A stretch of DNA of 63,286 nt, filler included, from Octopus bimaculoides (Eukaryota), in the NCBI RefSeq assembly GCF_001194135.2. It is 4 parts of 3 records of this genome, joined end to end, with 100 filler letters (N's around TTAATTAATTAA, not from the genome) between each part and the next. Parts side by side here need not be neighbours in the genome. Positions count along the whole stretch, not along the records: positions 1 to 13,407 come from NC_068997.1; positions 13,508 to 26,529 come from NC_068982.1; 2 more parts are not named here. One strand, written 5' to 3'. Made by a program: the position numbers and the translations under genes. Under the pieces are notes generated by a model. The model did not search any database and was not told the DNA's origin. It worked only from the letters and a program-made list of their open reading frames with translations. Below are positions 12,522 through 23,676 of this stretch, piece by piece; the stretch's first letter is position 1; each line of letters begins with the position of its first letter.

Positions 12522-12740
12522 AGGCAGCGAGCTGGCAGAATCGCTACCGCGCCGGGCAAAATGCTTAGCGGCATTTTCACCCGGCTTTACATTCTTCTGG
12601 GTTCAAATTCTGCCGATGTCGATTTTGCCTTTTATCTTTTCGGGGTCGATAAAATAAGTACCAGTTGAATCCTGGGGTCGATGTAATCGACTTAACCCCT
12701 CCCCCAAATTGCTGACCTTGTGCCAAAAATCGAAACCACT
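12522..12740 (+). mobile_element. SINE family A, full length, tail variant 2
   Basis: aggcagcgagctggcagaatcg...gggttcaaattctgccg...ggggtcgatgtaatcgac...cttgtgccaaaaatcgaaacca. Confidence 0.88.
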
Positions 12741-12754
12741 TTTGTAAAGTTGCG

Positions 12755-12920
12755 TGGCTCACTAGTTAGGATGTTGCGCACACGATTGTGGGATCTTGGT
12801 TTCGATTCTCGTACCGGGCAATGCATTGTGTTCTTGAGCAAAACACTTCATTTCCTGTAACTCCAGTTCACTCAGTTACAAATGAGGAGCTCTGTGATGG
12901 ACTGACATCCTATCCAGGGG
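12755..12920 (+). mobile_element. SINE family E (tRNA head plus CORE-like segment)
   Basis: Box B-like ggtttcgattc followed by ttgtgttcttgagcaaaacacttcatttc...cagttcactcag...aaatgag, resembling the CORE-SINE central domain. Confidence 0.65.
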
Positions 12921-13075
12921 GATGGTGAGATGGTCATCCAGGGGGATGGTCATTGATGGAACGCTTTTAATCACAAATCTGTTCAGTCAGGGTTAGTATA
13001 TCAGCATAACAACAACAGTAACAGCAACAACAGCAGCAGCTACAACAAGAATGAAAACAAGTTACAACGATGACT

Positions 13076-13407
13076 GTGGAGGCGCAATGGCCCAGTGGTT
13101 AGGGCAGCGGACTCGCGGTCATAGGATCGCGGTCTCGATTCCCAGACCGGGCGCTGTGAGTGTTTATTGAGCGAAAACACCTAAAAGCTCCACGAGGCTC
13201 CGGCAGGGGATGGTGGCGAACCCTGCTGTACTCTTTCACCACAACTTTCTCTCACTCTTACTTCCTGTTTCTGTTGTGCCTGTAATTCAAAGGGTCAGCC
13301 TTGTCACACTGTGTCACGCTGAATATCCCCGAGGACTATGTTAAGGGTACACGTGTCTGTGGAGTTTTCAGCCACTTGCACGTTAATTTCATGAGCAGGC
13401 TGTTCCG
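13076..13407 (+). mobile_element. SINE family D, GC-rich and young-looking, cut by a scaffold gap
   Basis: Box A TGGCCCAGTGG, box B-like GGTCTCGATTCC, and a long non-tRNA body that ends at the N gap. Confidence 0.75.
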
Positions 13408-13451
13408 NNNNNNNNNNNNNNNNNNNNNNNNNNNNNNNNNNNNNNNNNNNN

Positions 13452-13463
13452 TTAATTAATTAA
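13452..13463. other. Artificial scaffold linker TTAATTAATTAA (assembly artefact)
   Basis: 12-mer with stops in all six frames, flanked by 44 N on each side (100 bp total). The same construct occurs at 26574 and 58566. Confidence 0.9.
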
Positions 13464-13507
13464 NNNNNNNNNNNNNNNNNNNNNNNNNNNNNNNNNNNNN
13501 NNNNNNN

Positions 13508-13591
13508 CGAGCACCAGTTGTGCACTGAGGTCGATATAATCGACTTAAACCCTCCCCCAAAATTTCAGGCCTTGTGCCTAGAGTAAAACGA

Positions 13592-13645
<54 letters not shown>
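13508..13645 (+). mobile_element. SINE family A 3' end with (ATT)n tail
   Basis: gcaccagttgtgcactgaggtcgatataatcgactta...ccttgtgcctagagtaaaacgaattattatt... Confidence 0.85.
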
Positions 13646-14125
13646 GAATGAGAGAACAACGCATGCCATCAAAGTGACACTGGGGTAAAATATACGAAGC
13701 ACAATACACCCTTCATGACTACCCGTCTTAAAAGAGAACACAGGCACATGCATTACGATCACATGTGCGCAACATGTGATCTCATATCAAGATAAAGAGT
13801 GCATAACCTTGCAGGTGGGGTCCAGTTAGAATTTTCTTCAGGACGAGTAGCCCATCCTGCTCAAAAGGTCCCTGAATACGGGTGTTTGAGGATGTTGCTA
13901 CTCTTAACTAATTTTCCTCTTTTCAAGGTTGCTTTGGCACATTTTTCTAATCCAAATTTCATATCTATTTTTTTTTTTTTGGTAAATCCATGTACTGTCT
14001 GTAGTAGTGTTTCCAGCTGTTTATCATTTATAGCGTATAGTTTTAGGTCATCCATATATAAAAGGTGGCTGATTGTTTTGCCGTAACATTTATATCCGCA
14101 TCCAGTTCTATTTACCATGTCAGAT
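13646..14125 (-). mobile_element. R4/Dong-clade LINE fragment: RT segment joined to a non-coding 3' terminus and (TAA)n
   Basis: ORF 14118-13861 has ISHLLYMDDLKLYA...MKFGLEKCAKATLKRGKL (YMDD core typical of R2/R4-type RT). About 220 bp non-coding follows, ending in the (TAA)n tract. Confidence 0.85.
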
Positions 14126-14136
14126 AAAGGTGTATT

Positions 14137-14712
14137 ATCATTATTATTATTATTATTATTATTTACTTTTAATGCGCATGTTTGCTACAATCACTTGCTT
14201 AGACACACCCAGCATCCTAGGGCGAGTGAAGGGTAAGAGATGTTACAGTATGACTGAAAGCTTGAGGATGGGACGTGGTAGAAGCAGCACCGAAATATCT
14301 TCATGTAATACAACACAGACGTTTAAATTGATAAGGATGTGGGCAGTACTTGTCAGCACAATCTTTTGGATTTGTTTGAGACATGGTTCTCCTGGGATAT
14401 TATCTAGATGCTTTTGACATCCCTTTCTTAACATACCTAGGGCACACACAATAACAGGAACAGCTCTCGCTTTACGATACCATATCTTTTGTATTTCAGT
14501 TTCCAGGTCCTTATATTTACTTAATTTGTCAAATTCCTTTACAGATATATTTTTATCAGTAAGAACACTTCTATTAGTCTACAAGTATTTTCTTCCTTGT
14601 CTTTAATGACTATGCCTGGTCGATTAGCCTGGATCATTCTGTCAGTGTTGACTGGAAAATCTCAGAGGATAGTGACATTTTTACCTTCAATGACTAGCTC
14701 ATTATTATTAGT
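14137..14712 (-). mobile_element. 5'-truncated R4/Dong-clade LINE (RLE endonuclease, 3' UTR, (TAA)n tail)
   Basis: Disrupted translation VIEGKNVTIL*DFPVNTDRMIQANRPGIVIKDKEENTC...KEFDKLSKYKDL...ALGMLRKGCQKHLDNIPGEPCLKQIQKIVLTSTAHIL. Short TAA runs flank both ends. Confidence 0.88.
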
Positions 14713-15285
14713 GGATTAGAATCGGAAATAATCATTTCGAAATATTTTACCAAATTTACCTGTGTTCTGTAATATTCAGTTTCTTTTACCTCTGTAACAT
14801 ATTTCGGTCTCCAAATAAATTTCGAAATCGACAAGCTGTCTTTCTAAATGGCAGTAATGGAAAGAACGGCTGAGCTAGTCCAACCGATTATCACCATTTT
14901 TCTTCTTTTTTTTTTTGTATTTTTATAGACACATTGAGTCCTGTGTAAATAGCTATCGATGAATTTTACGTCAGGATAATAAAACTAAAAAGCATTTCTC
15001 AATTATCAAGTAGAGTCATTTATTCGTTGGTATTTCAAAATCCATTATATCGATAATCACGGTTTCTTGCAGTATACAGTCCTTTAAACGACAAAAAGAT
15101 TCAGATTTATTTTTATTTTTAGTGAGGAAGGGAGATTGTTCTGAAGGATTGCACATAGAGAACATTTTTGAGTAACGGTAGAGTCAATCAACAGTTACAA
15201 AAGTACGTATATATGTATGTGTATATATACCTCACAGAGCGAGCATGTCGAAACTTCAAGCGTGTCCTCGTAAAAATTGATATAC

Positions 15286-15286
<1 letters not shown>

Positions 15287-15378
<92 letters not shown>

Positions 15379-15430
15379 CTTGTGTGTGTGTGCGTGTGCG
15401 TGTGCGTTTGTATATACACACACACACAGG
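15287..15430. repeat. (TG)n microsatellite
   Basis: Direct reading. Confidence 0.95.
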
Positions 15431-16633
15431 AGACGTTTGAAGTTTCAATTTGCTTGCTCTCCTCAGGCTGTGGATTACTTTTGTTCTTCCCGGTTTTATG
15501 TGGTTTCTGGTTTTATGTGCGGTGTAGGTAGAGGGGGAAGTGGTTAAAGTCATCGTCAAGGAATAGGGCACAGAAAAGAAGAGAAAGGAAATGTATATCT
15601 GTAAGGTATGGGTTGATAAAAAAGTATGGTGGAGACGGTCATTCTAGTATGATATGGGATTGAATTCTGTTTAGTTAGCCAGTCAAATGTGAAAGAAAAG
15701 GAATGAACAATTCTGTCATATATAGCTCATAATTTATGTTGGTTGAAATTTTTCTTATGATAAATCAAGATTCCTTGAATTACGTGCGTGTTTCTGTGCG
15801 TTTTGGAGTGCATGCATATCTTCATGCATGTGTATACATAGCTATGTAGGTAGGTGTATATACGTATATGGATGAGATATGCTGACAGAGAGAGGGCATA
15901 CGAATAAATTTCCTTTCTCTTTGCTTAGTTTAGGTTTTCACTTATATATATATATATATACATACATACATATGTCTATTTATANNNNNNNNNNNNNNNN
16001 NNNNNNNNNNNNNNNNNNNNNNNNNNNNNNNNNNNNNNNNNNNNNNNNNNNNNNNNNNNNNNNNNNNNNNNNNNNNNNNNNNNNNNNNNNNNNNNNNNNN
16101 NNNNNNNNNNNNNNNNNNNNNNNNNNNNNNNNNNNNNNNNNNNNNNNNNNNNNNNNNNNNNNNNNNNNNNNNNNNNNNNNNNNNNNNNNNNNNNNNNNNN
16201 NNNNNNNNNNNNNNNNNNNNNNNNNNNNNNNNNNNNNNNNNNNNNNNNNNNNNNNNNNNNNNNNNNNNNNNNNNNNNNNNNNNNNNNNNNNNNNNNNNNN
16301 NNNNNNNNNNNNNNNNNNNNNNNNNNNNNNNNNNNNNNNNNNNNNNNNNNNNNNNNNNNNNNNNNNNNNNNNNNNNNNNNNNNNNNNNNNNNNNNNNNNN
16401 NNNNNNNNNNNNNNNNNNNNNNNNNNNNNNNNNNNNNNNNNNNNNNNNNNNNNNNNNNNNNNNNNNNNNNNNNNNNNNNNNNNNNNNNNNNNNNNNNNNN
16501 NNNNNNNNNNNNNNNNNNNNNNNNNNNNNNNNNNNNNNNNNNNNNNNNNNNNNNNNNNNNNNNNNNNNNNNNNNNNNNNNNNNNNNNNNNNNNNNNNNNN
16601 NNNNNNNNNNNNNNNNNNNNNNNNNNNNNNNNN

Positions 16634-16665
<32 letters not shown>

Positions 16666-16919
16666 AAGAGACCAATGGCATAAATAAATTTATATTTTAT
16701 GTAGAATGTCTTACAGCTGTTTCAGGGAAAATTCAATGTATCCCATCATCAATTTAAAATGTAGAGCATTGATGTAATGATTGCATTGTTCAATTAAATG
16801 GAGTTGCATGAAACGATCGTACTGCATTACCTCTGGATATCCTTGTTGCTTATTTTGATTATATATATATATAATATATATGAGTATATGCATATATATG
16901 TACATGTATGTACATACCT

Positions 16920-17110
16920 TCATCTACATGTACATATAGATACATATCTGGGTACATGACGTTGCAAAAAAACACGGACAAAATGATAAAGAAGGTACAA
17001 AAACACGCAGGCCACATAGAGAGCACATCCTTCATCAGCTGCCACCATTATAACACTGGCGTTTCGAAGAGTTAGGGCAGGAAGCATCGTTAAAATGGCT
17101 CTTTCCACGG
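16920..17110. repeat. Dispersed repeat family (second copy of 7600-7810)
   Basis: atatctgggtacatgacgttgc...gccacatagagagcacatccttcatcagc...acactggcgtttcgaagagtt. Confidence 0.7.
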
Positions 17111-17159
17111 ACACAAATTAAATTTGTTCCATGGAGGATAGTGGCGGACGGAAATATAT

Positions 17160-17400
17160 ATATGTCGCTTTTGTATCTGGCTTGCAAGATTCTTCATGTG
17201 AATTCGTGTGTTGGAGCAAATTTTGTTGTGTCTGGGGAGAGTCATACTGCCCTAATGCCTTAGTATCAAACACTCTCACCGGTTCAATTTCCTACTCATT
17301 TAATTTTTATCAAAATTTTCATTGCTTTTGTAACCTTGTCAATGGACGTTGACAAGGTTGCAAAAGTATTAAGGCAGTATGACTTCTCCAGACACAACAA
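17160..17400. mobile_element. Long-TIR fold-back element / MITE, right outer arm missing
   Basis: ttgttgtgtctggggagagtcatactgcc (17223) pairs with ggcagtatgacttctccagacacaacaa (ends 17400). The internal part is shared with the copy at 26108. Confidence 0.75.
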
Positions 17401-17404
17401 CATA

Positions 17405-17444
<40 letters not shown>

Positions 17445-17487
17445 TATACACGCGCGCACACACACAGACACACACGACGAACATCCG

Positions 17488-17612
17488 TTTACGTAATTCG
17501 TTGAGAAGGTATTGGTCGGTTCAATCCTACAATCGAAGGCACTTGCCCAAGATGTCGTGCATTGGAAGTGATCCCGACCGAAACCACGCGTTTGTAAAAT
17601 GAACTTCTTAAC
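17488..17612 (-). mobile_element. SINE family B/C head, degenerate
   Basis: gaaggcacttgcccaagatgtcgtgcattggaagtga...aacttcttaaccacacagcc. Confidence 0.7.
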
Positions 17613-19206
17613 CACACAGCCAGTAGCTAAAAATCACTGCTGTTCCATAAGTTTATGTTTTATGCCAAGTAAGGCTATCATCATATTGTGAAAATATATA
17701 TTAGAGTAATTACCATTATCCAACAAGTAATTATAATCGTAAGAATTATAGAATTATGAAGTTGCTATTTAGCGAAACGATAAATCTCCATTTAATTTAT
17801 ATAACCTGTAGTAACAAGATCGTTGTATAATTATTTCTTCTTTTCTTTTTCTATTTCATTTCCTTTTGTGTGTGTATGTGTGTGTTAAAATATCACTTTT
17901 GACCTATGGCGTTAAAGACTCAAGACTGCTGTTAATTTCTTGAAAACGCGGGTCTAATGTAGCTAGTCTTCAAACTTCACGAAAAATATAAACGATAACG
18001 TGGAATGAAATTTTCTCACAACCACGCATTTTCGGGTTTATTCCCACTGCGTGGAACAATGGATAAGTGTCTTATGCTAAAACTCCGTGTTGACCAATGC
18101 TTTATAAGAGAATTTTCCCGACCGAAACTGTACTGAAGTCTGTCGTTGAATTGGTATAGTTGTTAGAGCAACAGGCAGAATGCTTCGCGGTATTTGTTCT
18201 GCTTCTGACTCCATGCACTCGGAGCTCACATCCCTCTAAACCCAATTTCATCATTTCGGAGTCGATAATAAAAGTACCTATCCAAAGTAGTTGATAAGCA
18301 GAACTGTAAAAGCGTCGGACTGGATGCAATGCTGTATTTATTCCAACTCTATATGTTCTGAGCCTAAATCCCGCCATGGCCTATTTGACTATCATTTGGT
18401 TGAACTGAACCACCTGGTAACTAATGCCCACTCTATTCCAAGCACTCAGGCCAAATTGTTTGAGGAAACCCTTCTCCTTGCCACTATTCCGACCACGCGC
18501 TTTCACGGCATAATTGTGAGAGTGTCATTTGAAATGCTTTTCTGATATTTAATTAGGTTATTTTGTCATTCGAGTTCAAATGCGACGGAGATTGACTTGA
18601 CATTGACTTTCCCACTTCCAGAGTCAAGTAGTGAGGTCAATATAATTCGCAATACATACCACCACCACCGCCAAATTTCTGGCTTTTTATCTGTTAGATA
18701 TTCATAGTTTATTCTTCCAGTTCAGCTATTTCTTTACGGTTAAACTGAATCCTGCCTGCATAAACCAGATATAGACATTTACTTGTTTAGTGGTACTTTG
18801 TGCAGTTTCTACAAAACCAATGTTTGTTACGCGAACTTCACTGACTAAACTGAAAATTAATAAGCTAGTAGAGTGGCGAATTGGCGGAGATCGTTAAAGT
18901 ACTGGATTGATAAAATGCCATACGTTATTTATTCTCTGCGATGGGTGTTCAAATCGTATGTGAGCCAACTTGGTTTTTTATTCTTTCGGGATCAATAAAA
19001 AAATTGCCAGTCCAGGACGATGGATTGACGGAACCGTTATAGGATGGGGTGGGATTCCTTGTGGTATTTGATCAAGTTCTTTTCGATTTGTATCGGACTA
19101 CATGGGTGGTATTTCTTTTGCATAAAAGTCAACAACAGGGGAAGAGGAAACTTGTATGCACAGATAACTATAAGCTTTTAAAAGAAATCTTGTCCAGCCC
19201 TACACA

Positions 19207-19425
19207 TACTAGAGGGTGCTGAAAACTTCCCGACTTTAGGTAAACGAAAATACAGGAGGATCAGTTAATTATGATTTTATTCAACATATTCCCCTCACTG
19301 ATTCACGCACTTAGTGCAGTAGTCTTTGTTTTTAAAGCCCTGTAAAAGAACTCGGAAGGTTGAGTCCCCAACCATGCATTTCGCGATACCCTTAAAGCCA
19401 AGAACCTCTCAGCACTGCTTCGTGT
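19207..19425. mobile_element. Mariner-type MITE
   Basis: Left gagggtgctgaaaacttcccgacttta and right taaagccaagaacctctcagcactgcttcg are degenerate TIRs. Confidence 0.65.
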
Positions 19426-19873
19426 ATGTGATTAAGGGATAATGCATGGTCATCCTTGGCCGACGGAGATCCCTCTATAAAGATCTAGAAGTTTCCATTG
19501 ACACCCTCATTATAAATCCTATAATTCCTTTATATTAAAATGCTGCGGCTTCTCTAGGCGAATCTGCTGTGTTATGGTGCTTAATGTAGAAATAATTTGC
19601 AATGATTTGAATTAAATGTTGGCTATTGAAAACGTTTGTCAGTCATTTGTAGTATCATGCATGTCACTTCGGTATTTTCTACGATATAATGATCGATGTT
19701 TCTTTCAAGAGGATAAAACCTAAATAATGGGAACCATTTCCAGTAATTCTGGTATTTAACATGTTATCTCAATTGTTTCTCGTAACCTTTTATGTGATGC
19801 GTATGTTTTTCTAACCTTTCAAAAAACTACGCGTCTGTCAAGCACTAGCATGTATACCTGCTCACAATTCCTC

Positions 19874-19952
<79 letters not shown>

Positions 19953-20502
19953 CAAATGCGTGTATACGCGTGCAAGTGTGTGTGTTTGTGCTGTGTGTGC
20001 ACTAACTTGTTTGAGTATGTTTGTGTATATTTGTGCGCGTACAATTTTGCTTAATTCTCAATATAGCTGAAACATATCCTCGAAACAAAGGAAAATACAT
20101 CTATTAAGATGTTCGGTTAAAAAGTCGAGAGCGAACATTATAATGAATGTCAATTTTTTGCTTGACTTGTTATAATGGGCTAAGAAATAATATAAGCACT
20201 ACGGCGATAGATCAGAATTCAAAGATGTGCTTTCTAGTGTTGATTTTTAAAATCTAACACTGCAGATAAGGCATCATTTAGCGTAATATCACCAAAATTC
20301 TACTACTTTTTTTCTTCTCATGTTTTGTTTATTTTATTTAAGATATGCACGAAGGAAATTGAAAGATTGTGTAATTATGCTGCTATATAAATAGGACCAA
20401 AAAGATTATACTCGGTTTGTTTACTTGCTTGAAGTGCATAGGCGAACATTGTATATTCGCATTAAATCTTATACATCTATTATGTGCAAATTATTAAGGT
20501 GG

Positions 20503-20536
<34 letters not shown>

Positions 20537-21757
20537 NNNNNNNNNNNNNNNNNNNNNNNNNNNNNNNNNNNNNNNNNNNNNNNNNNNNNNNNNNNNNNNN
20601 NNNNNNNNNNNNNNNNNNNNNNNNNNNNNNNNNNNNNNNNNNNNNNNNNNNNNNNNNNNNNNNNNNNNNNNNNNNNNNNNNNNNNNNNNNNNNNNNNNNN
20701 NNNNNNNNNNNNNNNNNNNNNNNNNNNNNNNNNNNNNNNNNNNNNNNNNNNNNNNNNNNNNNNNNNNNNNNNNNNNNNNNNNNNNNNNNNNNNNNNNNNN
20801 NNNNNNNNNNNNNNNNNNNNNNNNNNNNNNNNNNNNNNNNNNNNNNNNNNNNNNNNNNNNNNNNNNNNNNNNNNNNNNNNNNNNNNNNNNNNNNNNNNNN
20901 NNNNNNNNNNNNNNNNNNNNNNNNNNNNNNNNNNNNNNNNNNNNNNNNNNNNNNNNNNNNNNNNNNNNNNNNNNNNNNNNNNNNNNNNNNNNNNNNNNNN
21001 NNNNNNNNNNNNNNNNNNNNNNNNNNNNNNNNNNNNNNNNNNNNNNNNNNNNNNNNNNNNNNNNNNNNNNNNNNNNNNNNNNNNNNNNNNNNNNATATAT
21101 TATTATTATTATTATTATTATTATTATGTGTATTTAGTTTCTCTTGGTTAATAATTAACTCCGACAAAATAAATTGGTTAACAGATACCAGGGTAGCAAA
21201 GATCACAAAATGACTGTGGTGTAACTCCTGTTTATGAGGTAGAAACTCCTTGTTATTTTGGGCAATTGAGTAAATATAAAAATTTAGTAAATGGAGTAAT
21301 ACACAAACGTTAAATGAATTCTTTTATTTCCAACATATGTTTCGAAGATTACAAATGGTTCCTTCAAAAGGAATAGGTAATGTTGATAAAGATGTAATCT
21401 TCTTTTCAGGGAAATACATAGGAACCAGCTTAACCGTAAGACATTTTAACGAAAGACATTTTAACCGAATGTGATAACTGTAGATAGAGAAGATTGCTAC
21501 GTAACTTATTTGAAAAAACCGTTGGAGGTTGCAACGCTATGAGACAGTACGTTGGACAAGGAGGGAAGAAAAGAAGGAAAAACGGAATTTAGAATTTAGA
21601 ATTGGGAGTTTATAAGATGATTTGAACCCGATAAAAATCGGAGAAGAGTGTTTTATGTATAATGGTACCGCAAAGGGGAGTTAATCTTGTATTTATACAT
21701 GCAGTGTTGACATAAATGCCCATAATTATATATATATACATATATGCACACAAGCAC

Positions 21758-21798
<41 letters not shown>

Positions 21799-23164
21799 NN
21801 NNNNNNNNNNNNNNNNNNNNNNNNNNNNNNNNNNNNNNNNNNNNNNNNNNNNNNNNNNNNNNNNNNNNNNNNNNNNNNNNNNNNNNNNNNNNNNNNNNNN
21901 NNNNNNNNNNNNNNNNNNNNNNNNNNNNNNNNNNNNNNNNNNNNNNNNNNNNNNNNNNNNNNNNNNNNNNNNNNNNNNNNNNNNNNNNNNNNNNNNNNNN
22001 NNNNNNNNNNNNNNNNNNNNNNNNNNNNNNNNNNNNNNNNNNNNNNNNNNNNNNNNNNNNNNNNNNNNNNNNNNNNNNNNNNNNNNNNNNNNNNNNNNNN
22101 NNNNNNNNNNNNNNNNNNNNNNNNNNNNNNNNNNNNNNNNNNNNNNNNNNNNNNNNNNNNNNNNNNNNNNNNNNNNNNNNNNNNNNNNNNNNNNNNNNNN
22201 NNNNNNNNNNNNNNNNNNNNNNNNNNNNNNNNNNNNNNNNNNNNNNNNNNNNNNNNNNNNNNNNNNNNNNNNNNNNNNNNNNNNNNNNNNNNNNNNNNNN
22301 NNNNNNNNNNNNNNNNNNNNNNNNNNNNNNNNNNNNNNNNNNNNNNNNNNNNNNNNNNNNNNNNNNNNNNNNNNNNNNNNNNNNNNNNNNNNNNNNNNNN
22401 NNNNNNNNNNNNNNNNNNNNNNNNNNNNNNNNNNNNNNNNNNNNNNNNNNNNNNNNNNNNNNNNNNNNNNNNNNNNNNNNNNNNNNNNNNNNNNNNNNNN
22501 NNNNNNNNNNNNNNNNNNNNNNNNNNNNNNNNNNNNNNNNNNNNNNNNNNNNNNNNNNNNNNNNNNNNNNNNNNNNNNNNNNNNNNNNNNNNNNNNNNNN
22601 NNNNNNNNNNNNNNNNNNNNNNNNNNNNNNNNNNNNNNNNNNNNNNNNNNNNNNNNNNNNNNNNNNNNNNNNNNNNNNNNNNNNNNNNNNNNNNNNNNNN
22701 NNNNNNNNNNNNNNNNNNNNNNNNNNNNNNNNNNNNNNNNNNNNNNNNNNNNNNNNNNNNNNNNNNNNNNNNNNNNNNNNNNNNNNNNNNNNNTATATGC
22801 CTTGAGCTAGGGTTTTTTTTCCTTTTTTCATTCATACAACACCTGCTTCACAAAGCATTTCATGATATGATTTGAAAATAATATATTGATAATGGTGAAC
22901 GCAGCTGTGATTGAGTTTGTTGAACGTTAATTTGCGGTTGAAAGTGAAAAAAAGAAAGATGAATTGAATATCTGCAATGACTTTTGAGACCTAATGACTC
23001 CATTTTCGCAAGTAAATTTAAAATGGAATTATCCAGACTGAGATTTTTTTACTCATTTAGTCATGAATAAAAGCAATATCCATGTGCTCTGAAGGCCTCC
23101 TGAGACCGGTGAGCTTCATGCCGTTAATGCTCTGTTTAAACTGTTACAAGTCAACACGTGTAAA

Positions 23165-23320
23165 GGCGTGTGGTCGTATGATTAGGGTGTTGCTGTCATG
23201 ATCTCAAGATTTTAGTTTAGGTTCCTGGACAGGGCGGTGCGTTGTGTCGTTGGATAAAAAAATACTTCATTTCACGTGGTCCCAGTTCACTTAGATGTAA
23301 ATGAACAGCCCTGTTCGGCG
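23165..23320 (+). mobile_element. SINE family E, degenerate
   Basis: gcgttgtgtcgttggataaaaaaatacttcatttcacgtggtcccagttcacttagatgtaaatg. Confidence 0.55.
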
Positions 23321-23440
23321 TTAAGATTACGATGTTGGTCACTTGGAACATGGAAAGCGAGTATCCTTCCCTATGAGTTCGAGGACTCAAAGACAATCAT
23401 GTCTAGATGGAGGAGGGAGAGAAGTCAATACCTACAGGAA

Positions 23441-23676
23441 TGGAGGGTGGCAACCTGGCAGAATCGTTAGCACGTCGGGCGAAATACTTAGCGGTATTTC
23501 GTCTACAGTTACGTTCTGAGTTTAAATTCCGCTGAGGTCGATTTTGCCTTTCATCCTTTCGGGATCGATTAAATAAGTATCAGTTATGCGCTAGGGTCGT
23601 TGTAATCGACTTAATCCCTTCGTCTATCCTTGTTTGTCCCCACTGTGTTTAGCCCTCTATGGGCAATAAAGAAATA
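23441..23676 (+). mobile_element. SINE family A, tail variant 3, with 14-bp TSD
   Basis: TSD aatacctacaggaa (23427-23440) / aatgcctacaggaa (23677-23690); family A head and core with a distinct tail ...gggcaataaagaaata. Confidence 0.9.

Noticed and set aside
13076-13155. Possible tRNA gene
   Set aside because: A and B boxes are present but no acceptor stem closes a cloverleaf, and the sequence continues into a SINE body.
15425-15475. Minus-strand CTGAGGA...GAAAC...GTC as a hammerhead
   Set aside because: Stem II cannot form and the stem I register is off.
17025-17075. GAAAC...CTGATGAAGG on the minus strand (also 7760-7805) as a type II hammerhead
   Set aside because: No stem I hairpin forms, stem II is at most 3 bp, and the second copy has TTGATGA.
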